Source of the DNA: Candidatus Latescibacterota bacterium
Lineage (GTDB): Bacteria > Latescibacterota > UBA2968 > UBA8231
Reading direction: 5' to 3'
Assembly (NCBI GenBank): GCA_965219385.1
Contig: CBDCNM010000002.1
Span: 2,536,936-2,600,935 of the forward strand
Length of the DNA: 64,000 nt
The notes beneath the pieces were generated by a model. That model made no database searches, had not been told where the DNA came from, and saw only the letters and a program-made list of their open reading frames with translations. Shown piece by piece: positions 19,300 to 29,959 of this stretch. Both the position numbers and the translations under genes were made by a program. Positions within the stretch are counted from its first letter, which is position 1. The number at the start of each line of letters is the position of its first letter.

Positions 19300-19538
19300 G
19301 TAATTTTTATTTCTCTACCGGATATTTTTTACGGTGGTCGTTGCATACGCTATACCCCTATCAGAACAAGGTCTTACGGCAGAAATACCCCCGAAATCAT
19401 AGGGAAATTCAAAACCCCAGGGGCGGAGAATGGGGCAAAAAAGGCGCCGCCCTACTGACCATGCACCCAAAAATGCCTTTTATAATTCCTATATTTCCGC
19501 TGATCAATCCCCAGCCTGGACGTCACCGCACCGATTGA

Positions 19539-21287
19539 ATGGAAGAGTCACGTCGACAAAGCGCCGGGTGCCCCGTGACCGGCTGTACCGCCGGCCGTGG
19601 CCCGAGACCATTCCTCCTGGCCATCGCTCTCTGTTGCGGCGGCTGTGGCGGGAATGTCGACGTTGAACGTCAGGCGCCGGTCGTGCTCGTTCGCGTCGAC
19701 ACCTCCGTCATTACCGAAGTCGATTTCGACGAGGCTCTGTCTCAGTGGGAAGACGACGGCGCCTCTGATACAACCCCGGCCAAATGGCGCCAACGGCTGC
19801 AGCTGCTCATCGACCGACAGCTGCTGGTGCTGGAAGCCCGCAAGCTGGGTTTCTACGACGACCCGAGCGTGCGGCGCGAGGTCGAGTTGTGGGAGCGTTC
19901 CCGCGTCCTCCCGGAGCTGCTCCAGACCGAGGCGGGCGATGCCGACCGCTTCACGGAGGATGAGCTCCACGAATTCTATTACGGAACCGGCGCTAATCGC
20001 GAACTGCTCGTCGGCCGGCTGGTCCTCGAGGACAGCGCCCGCGCTGCAGCCGCCCTGAGCGAGGTGAGAGGGCAGAGGCCGTTTTCCCGAGTGATGGACG
20101 TGTACGCCAGTGCCGAGCGCCCCACCTTTGCTGATTCGGTATGGCTGAATCGGCTTGCCGTCGCGGATAATCAGTTGGGATCTCTGTTGTCGCGGTGGGT
20201 TGGCGATGCCGAGATCTTCTCGCGAGACGGTCGCTACCTGATGGCGGTCGTACTCGATGAGCGCAGCGTTGCGCTCGAGGAGAGACGTCCTCTTGCAGAG
20301 CGGGCCCTTAGACGCGAGCAACAGAAAGAGGCGAACCTGGCCTATCTGGCCTCCCTGATGAAGAAGTACGATGTCTATGTGGACAGCCTCGCCCTCAATC
20401 GTTTGAGTGCCGCCGCTGCTCCGCCGAATCTGAGGTTGGTGAGCAGCTCCCTTGGCGACTGGACCATCGGTCAGTATCGGGATGCTATCGCGCAGTTGCC
20501 CTCGGCTCACGGCTCTGCGTCCTCCAACCTCCGCGACTTGAAGCTGCACGTGTTGCGGACCTACGCCGTCGATCAGCTGTTGGCCAGGGAGGTGGAGGCG
20601 AAGGGGCTTGCTCCTGGGTTCGCCAGGCGTCGTCAATTCATGCGGGAACAGAAGGCGATCGAGGCATTGTGGGCCGCCAAAGGATTGGCCCAAATCACCG
20701 TCACGGAAATGGAGCTGCGCCGTTATTTCGAGGCCAACCGAAATCGCTACGCGCGCCACTTCACGGGGCCGACGGCGGCGGCAAGCGTCCGGGCGAAAGT
20801 CCTGCAGAATCTGAAAGAAGAGCGAGCTACTCCCCTATTCGACGAGTATGTCGCCGATCTGCGCGGCTCCTACCGGCAGCGCGTGTCGGTGGACGGGTCC
20901 ATGTTTCGCGCCTATGTGGCTCGCAAAACAGGGGCGGCAGCGCTTCCCCCTATGTTGAATGGATGCGACCCCCTGACTGCCGTCGACGAGACGGGCGAGA
21001 GCGAGATAGAAATCCGCTTTGGAGGTGAGCTGGGGTACGCTTACCAGCCCGGCTGCACCGCTGTCAGCTCCGGCGCCATTGTCATCTTCGTCGGAGAATT
21101 TTCCGCCCACCCGCTGGTGCCCGGCCGCATTGACGGCAGCGAAGTGGTCCCGGACGACGCGAGCCCGCTGCGGCCGACCGCGGCCGGCCTGGAGACCAAA
21201 TTCCTCATGACGGGGACCGGAGCTCATGGGTATTTTTGCGACAGGCACGTCGCCGAGGCCATGATGGGAGCCATTTTCGTAGAGTGA
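19539..21287 (+). CDS. SurA/PrsA-like lipoprotein fused to C-terminal cupredoxin (plastocyanin-like) domain, 582 aa
   Basis: CCGG-C lipobox-like; chaperone motifs as in 9934; tail FSAHPLV...YFCDRHVAEAMMG provides His/Cys/His/Met type-1 copper ligands. Confidence 0.75.
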   Translation: MEESRRQSAGCPVTGCTAGRGPRPFLLAIALCCGGCGGNVDVERQAPVVLVRVDTSVITEVDFDEALSQWEDDGASDTTPAKWRQRLQLLIDRQLLVLEARKLGFYDDPSVRREVELWERSRVLPELLQTEAGDADRFTEDELHEFYYGTGANRELLVGRLVLEDSARAAAALSEVRGQRPFSRVMDVYASAERPTFADSVWLNRLAVADNQLGSLLSRWVGDAEIFSRDGRYLMAVVLDERSVALEERRPLAERALRREQQKEANLAYLASLMKKYDVYVDSLALNRLSAAAAPPNLRLVSSSLGDWTIGQYRDAIAQLPSAHGSASSNLRDLKLHVLRTYAVDQLLAREVEAKGLAPGFARRRQFMREQKAIEALWAAKGLAQITVTEMELRRYFEANRNRYARHFTGPTAAASVRAKVLQNLKEERATPLFDEYVADLRGSYRQRVSVDGSMFRAYVARKTGAAALPPMLNGCDPLTAVDETGESEIEIRFGGELGYAYQPGCTAVSSGAIVIFVGEFSAHPLVPGRIDGSEVVPDDASPLRPTAAGLETKFLMTGTGAHGYFCDRHVAEAMMGAIFVE

Positions 21288-22066
21288 TCTCGGTCTCAAC
21301 AGTGAGACGCCGGGGCTGGCGCGCCGCCCTCATCACCGGCCTGCTCGTTTTGGCCATCTGCAGCGGTTGCTCTCGGGAGCGCGGCGACGAGCGCTTCGTC
21401 CGTCGATACTTCAATGTGCTGGGCGCCGTTCGCGAGAAATGGCAGCCCGAATCAGCCATGCCTGCCAAGCCGCAGAAGAGACCATTCAATGTCGTATGGG
21501 AGGTGACCCGTTATCGGGACACTCAGCCTACAGACGCCCAGCGGCAGGTGGCCGATAGTCTGGCCGCCCAATGTTTTCGAGCCGCGGAGCAGAGGGGCTG
21601 GTTCGATTACGAGACAGGACTGCGCCACGGGTACCGGCAACAGGATCATGACGAGAACCATTACTACAACTGGCAGTACATCGTCGACGGCGTCATCCTG
21701 GATCCGGAGCGACCCGAGTATCTCATGTATTACGAAACAGCGGGCGGCCACGAGTTGCTCGGTTTCATGTTTCTCGCCGGGGGACCCCTGATGGAGGGAC
21801 CTCAAGTGGGCGGCCCTCTGACTGTCTGGCATTACCACATCTTCGCCCGTCCGGTCTGCTACCGGGAAGGTCTGTTGCCGGTGGGCAAGCCCTTGATCGG
21901 ACCGCAGGTCACCTGCGCTGAGGGAGCGCCACGACAGAGGAGTCCCGAGATGCTGCACGTGTGGCTCGTGGACCGTCCGGGCGGCCCCTTCGCGACGCCG
22001 ATGGTCATTGACCCCAAATTGATTCCCGATCTGGTTGAGCAGCGGGCAGCACTGCGCCTCGATTGA
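21284..22066 (+). CDS. hypothetical His-motif lipoprotein, ~260 aa
   Basis: GTG overlapping the upstream TGA; lipobox ICSG-C; ENHYYN, LDPERPEYLMY, WHYH, MLHVW motifs. Confidence 0.7.
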   Translation: MISVSTVRRRGWRAALITGLLVLAICSGCSRERGDERFVRRYFNVLGAVREKWQPESAMPAKPQKRPFNVVWEVTRYRDTQPTDAQRQVADSLAAQCFRAAEQRGWFDYETGLRHGYRQQDHDENHYYNWQYIVDGVILDPERPEYLMYYETAGGHELLGFMFLAGGPLMEGPQVGGPLTVWHYHIFARPVCYREGLLPVGKPLIGPQVTCAEGAPRQRSPEMLHVWLVDRPGGPFATPMVIDPKLIPDLVEQRAALRLD

Positions 22067-22207
22067 GGCTTTCCGGCTGGTCAGTCCTCGGAGTCGGCCG
22101 ACCCTGTGGCGGTCGGAGTAGGTCCCGCGGTGTCTACCTGGTCTCGGTTCGGGCAGATGGGAATCGTCGCGTACACAGAATCCTGCTGATGCGCTGAGGC
22201 AGCGGCT

Positions 22208-23887
22208 TCAGACCTTCTTGCGGCCCTCCAGAAAGGCCTGGAAGTGTTCGTCGTGGATCTTGACCCGGTCGGCGTAGCGCTGGTTGAGCCGCTGTAACAG
22301 CTCTTCGAAACGCTGGATGGCCAGATCCTGGCGCAGGTGATGTGCAGCCCGGAACTTGTCCTTGGCGAAGCTCTGCTGGTAGGCCGGGACCTTCCTGAGG
22401 ACCTTGAAGACGGAATAGCCCTGCGCCGACTCCACCGGACCGACCACCTCCCCCACCTGGGCGTCTTTGGCCTCCCAACCCACCTTTCCGTACATGTCCG
22501 GCCTGAGCAATTGTACGCGGCCCCCGGCGCGGCGAATGCGCGGACTGCGCATGGAGTAGCGCTTGGCCAGTTGCTCCAGGTCTTTGCCCTGTGCGACCTC
22601 CTCCAGCAAATCTTCGGCCTGCTCGTGGGTGTCCACCAGAACCTCGAGGATGCTGATGCGTTCAGGGCGCAGGTAGCGGTCCCGGTGCGCTTCATAGTAG
22701 GCCCTAATCTCGTCCGCCGACGGGTTGATCCGCTCTTTCACTTCCACCTGCCGTATGCGGTCCATCAGGGCCTCCCGCAGGACCTTCTCGCGCCCCTTGC
22801 GCACGTTTTCGGTCTGATCGAGACCCAGTTCCCTGGCCCGCTGGATCAACAGAATCTTGAGGGCGAAGAGCCGCCGGGCATAGTTCCGCAAATCCTCGAT
22901 ATCCTTGATCTCGACCTGGTCGCGCTCACTGCGCATGGCGCGCATAAAGTGGTCGAGGGTCCACTGTATATCGCCCAGGCGCAACAGGACCCGGCTCCCT
23001 TCATTTTTCTTCAGTTCGGGCATTTCCATACCGGCCTCGATGAGGCGACCGAACAGGAGCTGGAGGGCGTCCTCCTCCTCGCGCACATCGGCCCTGTTCG
23101 CCAGGTCCTCCAGAAACCGGAGGGTCGTCAGCGCCTGCTTCTGCTCGAGGACCGCCCGCTCCAGGGCAGCAGACGCGGGGTCGAAGGGCACCTGGCGGAT
23201 ATCGGTGACCTGGAGGACGGACAAGCCGTCCGGCTCCTGCAGGGGGCCGATCAGGTCGCCGGTCTGGGCCTTGAAAATCTGTCGTCGCAGCAGATGGCTC
23301 TTGAGAGCCAGGCGGCTCTTCCACCCCAGATCCCCGCCCCGGGAGGCGGTTTTGGGGTCATCGGACTCTTCGCTGGCCAGCTCGGCGAAGTCCTCCCCCG
23401 CCTGCAGACGGGACAAGATTCGGTTCGCCGTTTCGTAACTGTCCACCAGGACGCGCCGCAGCCGCCGCTCCTCGCCGATGTGGTAGCGTTCGAAATAGAG
23501 GCGGGCTTCTTCTGCAGTGACCTGGTTAGAGACCTTGAGGATGCCGCGTTGGTAGAGTTCTTCGAGGAGCAATTCCTGCTCCTTCTGCTGCACGGCGGTT
23601 TCGACCTGAAAGTGGCGGTCCAGCCCCTGGTCCCTGGCTGCCATGATGAGCAATTCGACGTCTATGAGCCGCTGCAGCACCTTGCGCTCCACCTCCTCCG
23701 GGCGTTTGCTGCCGCGCGGGTAGAGTTTTTTCAGGGCCCTGTCGAGTCGCTCGACGGTGATATCCTTGTCACCTACCTGGGCGAGGATCTGGGGGTCGAC
23801 CGGTTCTGCTGGCGGCGTGGCATCACAGGCGGCCAGGGCCGGCAAAAGCGCGGCCAGGGCTGCAGCGCACCATTGAGAAAGAGGCAT
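22208..23887 (-). CDS. PpiC/parvulin-type peptidyl-prolyl isomerase lipoprotein with two rotamase domains, 559 aa
   Basis: Lipobox LAA-C; GEDFAELASEESDDPKTASRGGDLGW and second DLEQLAKRYS...GPVESAQGYSVFKV. Confidence 0.88.
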   Translation of the reverse strand: MPLSQWCAAALAALLPALAACDATPPAEPVDPQILAQVGDKDITVERLDRALKKLYPRGSKRPEEVERKVLQRLIDVELLIMAARDQGLDRHFQVETAVQQKEQELLLEELYQRGILKVSNQVTAEEARLYFERYHIGEERRLRRVLVDSYETANRILSRLQAGEDFAELASEESDDPKTASRGGDLGWKSRLALKSHLLRRQIFKAQTGDLIGPLQEPDGLSVLQVTDIRQVPFDPASAALERAVLEQKQALTTLRFLEDLANRADVREEEDALQLLFGRLIEAGMEMPELKKNEGSRVLLRLGDIQWTLDHFMRAMRSERDQVEIKDIEDLRNYARRLFALKILLIQRARELGLDQTENVRKGREKVLREALMDRIRQVEVKERINPSADEIRAYYEAHRDRYLRPERISILEVLVDTHEQAEDLLEEVAQGKDLEQLAKRYSMRSPRIRRAGGRVQLLRPDMYGKVGWEAKDAQVGEVVGPVESAQGYSVFKVLRKVPAYQQSFAKDKFRAAHHLRQDLAIQRFEELLQRLNQRYADRVKIHDEHFQAFLEGRKKV

Positions 23888-23922
23888 CGAGAAAAACTCC
23901 TGATTTACCCATTAAACGATTT

Positions 23923-23951
23923 ATAATATAGATTGACCCGATTCCAGTCAA
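23923..23951 (-). promoter_or_regulatory. sigma70-type promoter for the 23887 gene
   Basis: Minus strand TTGACT-17 nt-TATTAT. Confidence 0.55.
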
Positions 23952-24090
23952 GACGCCCGCTCGAGAACAGCTTGACAGGATTCTTTACAGTTGGTAGTAC
24001 TCTTTGGACGAATTAAACCCGATGAGATTAAACGCTTGTTGTGAAATATATCCTGTTCCACCGACCCTAAGGCGTTGGTGGGTCTTAGAT

Positions 24091-27000
24091 ATGGACCTCG
24101 CCCATACCTGTCTACGCTACGGTGCCGCCCTCACCACCGCCCTGTCGGGATGCACCGCCCCGTCCGATCTTCCCCCCGCCGCCTCTGCCGTGCGCTTCGT
24201 CGAGGTCACGGAAACAGCAGGCATTGACTTCATCCACACCAGCGGCCGCTCGGGGCGCAAGTACGGGGTGGAGACCATCGGCTCGGGGGCGGCCTTCCTG
24301 GACTTTGACGGGGACGGCTGGGTGGACCTCTATGTGGTCAACGGCACAGACCTGCCCGGGTACAGCTCGCCCGTGCCCCCGCGCAACGCCCTCTACCACA
24401 ACCAGGGCGACGCCACCTTCGATGAGGTGGCCGTCCAGCTCGGGGTGGCCGACACCAGCTACGGCATGGGCTGCACCGCAGGCGACTACGACAACGACGG
24501 GGACACAGATCTCTTTGTCGCCAATTTCGGTCCCAACCTGCTCTACCGCAACGGGGGCGCCCGGGCTGACTGGCGCTTCGCGGATATCACCGACCGCACC
24601 ATCCTGGGCGCCGATGACAGCTGGTCCACCGGATGCGCCTTTGTGGACTACGACCTGGACGGCGATCTGGACCTCTACGTGGCCAACTACCTCGACTACC
24701 GCTTCGAAGAGGAAGAAGTGGGAGAGGACGGGAGGCTCAAGCGGCCCCGGCGCCATCTGGCCCCGACCGAGTATCCGGGCCGGAGGGATTATCTCTACCG
24801 CAACGAGGGCGGGAACCGCTTCGTGGATATTACCGCAACGGCCGGCCTGCTCAGCGTGGCGTGCCGCGAGCTGGGGGCGGTCTTCTTTGATTTCGACGAG
24901 GACGGCGACCCGGATCTCTTCCAGGGCAACGACGCCACCCCCAATTTCCTCTACCGCAACGAGGGCGACGGCTCGTTTGCCGAGGTCGGGTTGGTGGCCG
25001 GGGTGGCCTTCAACGAGGCCGGCAAGCCCGAAGGGACCATGGGGGTGGACGTGGGGGATGTGGACGGCGACGGCCACCAGGACCTGGTGATGACCAATTT
25101 CCAGTGGGAGAGCAACACCCTCTACCGCAACCTGGGGAATGGGCTCTTCCGCGACGAGTCGCAGAGTCGGGGGATCGGCACCGGCAGTTTTGCCCGCCTG
25201 GCCTTCGGCGTCAATCTGTTCGACGCGGACAACGACGGCGATCTGGACCTCTACGTGGCCAACGGCCACATCGACGCGGATATCGCCGACTTCGACCCGC
25301 AGGCCACCTACGCCCAGCGCGACCACTTCTACCTCAACGACGGGCAGGGACGCTTCGCCGAGGTCACCGAGCGGGCCGGTCCTGGCTTGGCCCTGGAGAT
25401 GGTCGGCCGCGGCTCGGCCGTGGCCGACTACGACAACGACGGGGATATGGACCTGTTCATCGTCCACACCCAGCAGCGGGCCGTGCTTCTGCGCAACGAT
25501 ACCCCGCCGACCAACCACTATCTCGCCCTCTGGCTCCGGGGCACCCAGAGCAACCGCGACGGCCTGGGCGCCCGGGTCGCGGTCCGGGTCGGCGACCAGG
25601 TGCTCCGGGCCCATGCCCGCAGCGCTTCCAGCTACCTATCGCAGAGCGATCCCCGCCTCTTTTTCGGCCTGGGCCGCCACACCCGGGCCGAGGGCATCGA
25701 AATCATCTGGCCCTCGGGCGTGCGTCAGGAACTGGGACCCGTGCGGGCCGACCAAATTCTCCAGGTCGTTGAGCCAGTGTCGTCCCAGATGGTCGCGATG
25801 CCCTCTATAAAGCCGTCCGCCTCTGCCCTGCAAGAGGCGGACGGACGGAGCGGCGAGCTGGAGCGCTTCTGGCGCAATGCTCCTCTAATGCTGCCCCCGG
25901 CCGTGCGCGCCCCGGTCCCCCTCGCCGATCCTGGAGAAGTGGAGCGGCTCAAAGCCCAGGTCCAGGCGCATCCGGAGCGGGCAGCGGCGCATTTCGCTCT
26001 GGCCGAGGCGCTCCGTCAGCAGCGCCAGTACGAGGCGGCGATCTCCCACTACCAGCGGGTCCTGGACCTGGACCCCGGCTATGCGGCGGCTTATACAGGA
26101 CTGGGACAGGTCTACAGCGCCCAGGGAGCGTTCGCAGCGGCGGTTCCGGCCTTCCAGGAGGCCGCCCGCCTGGACCCGGATGCGGCGGAACCACATTACT
26201 ATTTGGGCAATCTGGCCGTGCGTCAGAGCCGCTCAGAGGCCGCTGTACAGCACTATGAGCGGGCCCTCAAGCGAAATCCAGCCTATCTCCAGGCCTATGT
26301 CAACCTGGCCGGTCTCCACGCCCGGCAGACGGATTACCGGCCGGCTATCGCCGTCTTCAAGCGCGGCCTGCAGGCTCTGCCCGCCCATCCCGAGCTGCTG
26401 TTGCGTCTGGGACGCATTTATTTCATTCAGACGCGCTACAGGGAAGCCCTGGCGCAACTGCAGGAGATGGTGCGCCAGGATCCCGGGCGCAGCCAAGCCT
26501 ATGAACTGATGGCGCAAGCCCACCTGCAGCTGGACGACCCCGTCGCCGCTGTGGCCGCGCTCAACGCGGGCCTCGAGCGCGATTCGACCAGCGCAGCCCT
26601 CAGAGCCCGCCTGGGGATTCTCCTGCTGGAAGAGGAGCGCGCCGACGAAGCCATCGGGCACCTCGACCTGGCCCTGCACCAGGATCCGGACCGCGCTGAG
26701 GCCTATTACAACCTGGGGCAGGCCTCTCTGCGGCTGGGGGCCGGGGAGAGAGGCCGGGAGCTGCTGCGCTATTTCCAGCTGCTGCAGGAGAACCACCAGG
26801 ATCTGCTCGCCTACAAGACCGCCATCGTCCTCAATCCCAACGACGCCCGGGCCTACTACAACCTGGGGTCGGTCTACTCGCGCATCGGCCGCTACGAGGC
26901 CGCCCGCCAGGCCTATGCAGCCTGCCTGCAGATACATCCGCAGCACGTGGAGGCGCTCAACAACCTGGGCAATATCTCCTTGCGCCGCCACCAGGTGGAG

Positions 27001-27258
27001 GCGGCTATCGCCACCTATCTCCGGGTGCTGGACCAGGACTCGACCTACGCCCGGGTCTACAACAATCTGGGCAACGCCTACCTTTTGGCCGACCGGCGGG
27101 CCGAGGCCGTCCGCGCCTTCGAAAGGGCGGTCCAGCTCGAGCCGGACTACCCCTCCCCCAGAAGTGCCCTGGCTCGCCTCTACCGCCAGCAGGGGCGCCG
27201 GGACGAAGCCCAGGCCCAGCAGGCCGCTTATCAGCGTCTCACCCAGGCTACCCCCTAG
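24091..27258 (+). CDS. FG-GAP/CRTAC1 (ASPIC-UnbV) beta-propeller + C-terminal TPR array, lipoprotein, ~1055 aa
   Basis: Lipobox LSG-C; repeated DxDxDGxxDL(Y/F)V; SYLSQSD.RLFFGLG...WPSG; many TPR units. Confidence 0.9.
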   Translation: MDLAHTCLRYGAALTTALSGCTAPSDLPPAASAVRFVEVTETAGIDFIHTSGRSGRKYGVETIGSGAAFLDFDGDGWVDLYVVNGTDLPGYSSPVPPRNALYHNQGDATFDEVAVQLGVADTSYGMGCTAGDYDNDGDTDLFVANFGPNLLYRNGGARADWRFADITDRTILGADDSWSTGCAFVDYDLDGDLDLYVANYLDYRFEEEEVGEDGRLKRPRRHLAPTEYPGRRDYLYRNEGGNRFVDITATAGLLSVACRELGAVFFDFDEDGDPDLFQGNDATPNFLYRNEGDGSFAEVGLVAGVAFNEAGKPEGTMGVDVGDVDGDGHQDLVMTNFQWESNTLYRNLGNGLFRDESQSRGIGTGSFARLAFGVNLFDADNDGDLDLYVANGHIDADIADFDPQATYAQRDHFYLNDGQGRFAEVTERAGPGLALEMVGRGSAVADYDNDGDMDLFIVHTQQRAVLLRNDTPPTNHYLALWLRGTQSNRDGLGARVAVRVGDQVLRAHARSASSYLSQSDPRLFFGLGRHTRAEGIEIIWPSGVRQELGPVRADQILQVVEPVSSQMVAMPSIKPSASALQEADGRSGELERFWRNAPLMLPPAVRAPVPLADPGEVERLKAQVQAHPERAAAHFALAEALRQQRQYEAAISHYQRVLDLDPGYAAAYTGLGQVYSAQGAFAAAVPAFQEAARLDPDAAEPHYYLGNLAVRQSRSEAAVQHYERALKRNPAYLQAYVNLAGLHARQTDYRPAIAVFKRGLQALPAHPELLLRLGRIYFIQTRYREALAQLQEMVRQDPGRSQAYELMAQAHLQLDDPVAAVAALNAGLERDSTSAALRARLGILLLEEERADEAIGHLDLALHQDPDRAEAYYNLGQASLRLGAGERGRELLRYFQLLQENHQDLLAYKTAIVLNPNDARAYYNLGSVYSRIGRYEAARQAYAACLQIHPQHVEALNNLGNISLRRHQVEAAIATYLRVLDQDSTYARVYNNLGNAYLLADRRAEAVRAFERAVQLEPDYPSPRSALARLYRQQGRRDEAQAQQAAYQRLTQATP

Positions 27259-27283
27259 CCAGCACGATTTATATGAGATTTAT

Positions 27284-27595
27284 ATGAGTAGGACAGGGCA
27301 AATCGCCTCGTCAGAAGCGGACAGAACAGGCCTTGCCCTGGGGCTGATATCAGCGGCAGTCCTCTGCTTCGAAATCGTCGCTTTGGTGCGGGCCCACGGC
27401 GCCTATAACGGCCGCCTCTACGACCTGGATAACGTGGATATCCACGTGGGCGATGGCCGCAATTATCTGGAGCGCTCATCCCGCCGCTACGACCTGATTG
27501 TCCTGCCCCTGGTCTACGCCGAGGTCGCCGACCTGGTGGGCTATGCCCTGCGGGAGAACTACCTGTTCACCCGCCAGGCCTTTGCCGCTATATAA
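27284..27595 (+). pseudogene. internally deleted spermidine-synthase-like membrane methyltransferase
   Basis: N-terminal LISAAVLCFEI joined directly to VDIHVGDGRNYLERSSRRYDLI...ENYLFT; the intervening TM region is absent. Confidence 0.7.
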
Positions 27596-27834
27596 AGATT
27601 CCGAGATCTCATACTGGGTCATCGGGACGCTCCTTGTCTAAAAGAGGATTTGCAGTTATTATCGCAGTTATTATCATTAGGAATGAGAGTAGGACGAACC
27701 GGCTTCCGATGCAAGTATACGCAGGCAGTTGGTAAGGGCTTTTCAGCTCCAAGAGCGCATAACAAGGATCATGCTGCACAACAAAAGACACTAACCTATT
27801 GGAATGCAATCAATTATCTAATCGCACAGCTTGC

Positions 27835-28550
27835 AATTTTTCCTACGCCAACCACAAAGTCTGCTCGGAAGGCGGCAGCGACCTGGAACTCTACTGCGGT
27901 CCCCAGGCCTTTGACGGCGTCGGGGATATTCTCTATCGCAACAGGGGGGACGGCACCATCGCAGATATCACAGAGCAGGCGGGTCTGGCCCATGCGACCG
28001 GCAAGGAATTGGGCGTAGTCTTCGGCGACGTGGATCTGGACGGCGACCAGGACCTTTACCTGGCCAGCGGACCGTGAATTTCCTCTATCTCAACGACGGG
28101 CAAGGCCGCTTCGAGGAGGTGGGGTTGCTGGCCGGCGCCGCGTACAACGAAGACGGCGAAGTGGAGGCGGGCATGGGGGTGGACATGGGCGATTTCGACA
28201 ACGACGGCGACCTGGATATCCTGGTGGCCAACTGCGCGGATGTGCCTACGCTGATGCGCAACGAAGGTGGCAACCGGAACAACTGGCTGCAAGTCCTCCT
28301 CCAGGGCGTTCAGAGCAACAGGAACGCTCTGGGGGCCCGGGTGGAGCTGGTCAGCGGAGATCTGCGTCTGGTGGACCAAGTGCGCAGCGGGGCCAGCTAT
28401 CTGTCGCAGAGCGATATGCGCCTGTTCTTCGGCCTGGGGACCCGCCGTCGGGTGGACCGCCTGGAGGTCCTCTGGCCCAGCGGCCTGGTCGAGGCGGTAG
28501 AGGATCTGCGGGTCAACCAGGAAATCACGCTGACCGAGGGACAGCAGTGA
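27835..28550 (+). pseudogene. degraded paralog of the CRTAC1-like gene at 33538
   Basis: FSYANHKVCSEGGSDLELYCGP vs FSYANHRTCSEGGSGIELYCGP; 5' part missing, frameshift near 28070, deletion between two GD(F/Y)DNDGD repeats. Confidence 0.85.
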
Positions 28551-29959
28551 CCGGCCGCTCGCACATGTGGGCCCTGGGGGCGTCAGCGGCCCTGTACCTG
28601 AGCGCCTGCCAGGACCAAGCCGCCTCTCCGCCGCAGGCGGAAATAGTGACGCTCGCCGTCCTCGAGGCGAAAGAGCACTTCAGACGCGGGGTGGAACGGG
28701 CCGCCCAGGGGCGTCACATCGAGGCCGTCGCCGACTATCTGGAAGCGCTGCGCCTGGATCGGGACTACGTTGAGACTTATTACAACCTGGGCAATGCCTA
28801 CGTCCGGCAGCTGGACTACCCTCGAGCCATCGCCGCGTACCTGCAGGTGCTTAAGCGGGATTCCGCCCACGTGTCGGCGCGCCACAATCTGGCCGCCGTG
28901 TACGTCAAGCAACAGAACTTTGCCCAGGCTATCGCGGAACACGAAAAGGTCCTCACCTTGGACCCGGAGCACGTCTCCACTTATTTTGACCTGGGCTACA
29001 TCTGCTTCACCCGGGGCGAGTACGAGCGGGCTAAAACCCTGGTCAAAGAAGGTCTGAAGCGGGATCCGGACAACCCCGACTTCTACCGGCTGTGGGCCCG
29101 CATGCACTTCAAGGAACTGGATTTCGAGGCGGCGCACAAAGCCTACGAGCGGGCCGTGGAACTCGACAGCGCCGATGCAATCACCTACGTGGAGCGGGCC
29201 AAAGTCGAAATCAAGTTGGGCAGGTACGAGGAGGCCGTCGCATCCTGCCAGCGCAGTATGGCACTGGACCCCTGGAAGAAGGACGCCCCCTTCGTGCTGG
29301 CCGACGCCTATCGCCGGCTCGGACGCGCAGAGGAGAGCCGCCAGGTACTGGGACATTTCCGCCGGTTGGACGAACAGGACGCCCAGATCCGCAGACAATT
29401 GCGCATTCTGGGCAACGATTCCGACGATCACGAAGCCTGGGCCATGGTGGGGCTGCTCTACGGGCAGCAGGGCCGCCTCAAAAAGGCCACCGAAGCCTAC
29501 CGCCAGGCCGTCCATCTGGCGCCGGACAGCGCCCGCTACCACAATAACCTGGGCAACCTGCACCTGCGACAGCAGCGCTACGCCGAGGCCGTCCAGGTCT
29601 ACGGAAGAGCGCTGGAGCTGGACCCCAACTACCCCGAGGCCTATTACAATCTCGGCTTGGCCTACCTGCACCAGCAGCACTTCGACCAGGCGCAGCAGGC
29701 CCTTTTAAAGGCCCGGCGATTTCGGCCCGAAGGGGCGGACGTGAACTACTATCTGGGGCTGCTCTACGCCCGGGAAGGGGCCTACGGGGAGGCCGCCGAA
29801 GCGCTGGAACAGGCCGTGCGCGCCCGACCGGATTTTCTGGATGCGCGCCAGAAACTGGCGGTTTCCTATGTGAAGTTGGGGCGCTATGAAGAGAGCAAGC
29901 AAGAGATGCAGATCATCAGAACGATGCAGGAGACCGGATCGGAAAAAGCGCATGAATAA
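28547..29959 (+). CDS. TPR-repeat lipoprotein, 470 aa
   Basis: Lipobox LSA-C; repeated YYNLG/HNNLG TPR units. Confidence 0.9.
   Translation: MTGRSHMWALGASAALYLSACQDQAASPPQAEIVTLAVLEAKEHFRRGVERAAQGRHIEAVADYLEALRLDRDYVETYYNLGNAYVRQLDYPRAIAAYLQVLKRDSAHVSARHNLAAVYVKQQNFAQAIAEHEKVLTLDPEHVSTYFDLGYICFTRGEYERAKTLVKEGLKRDPDNPDFYRLWARMHFKELDFEAAHKAYERAVELDSADAITYVERAKVEIKLGRYEEAVASCQRSMALDPWKKDAPFVLADAYRRLGRAEESRQVLGHFRRLDEQDAQIRRQLRILGNDSDDHEAWAMVGLLYGQQGRLKKATEAYRQAVHLAPDSARYHNNLGNLHLRQQRYAEAVQVYGRALELDPNYPEAYYNLGLAYLHQQHFDQAQQALLKARRFRPEGADVNYYLGLLYAREGAYGEAAEALEQAVRARPDFLDARQKLAVSYVKLGRYEESKQEMQIIRTMQETGSEKAHE

Noticed and set aside
27596..27834. Lower-GC inserts (also ~15480-15900 and ~55160-55570) as distinct genes or elements
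   Set aside because: Short open frames with no motif I can recognise and no terminal repeats; left unassigned.
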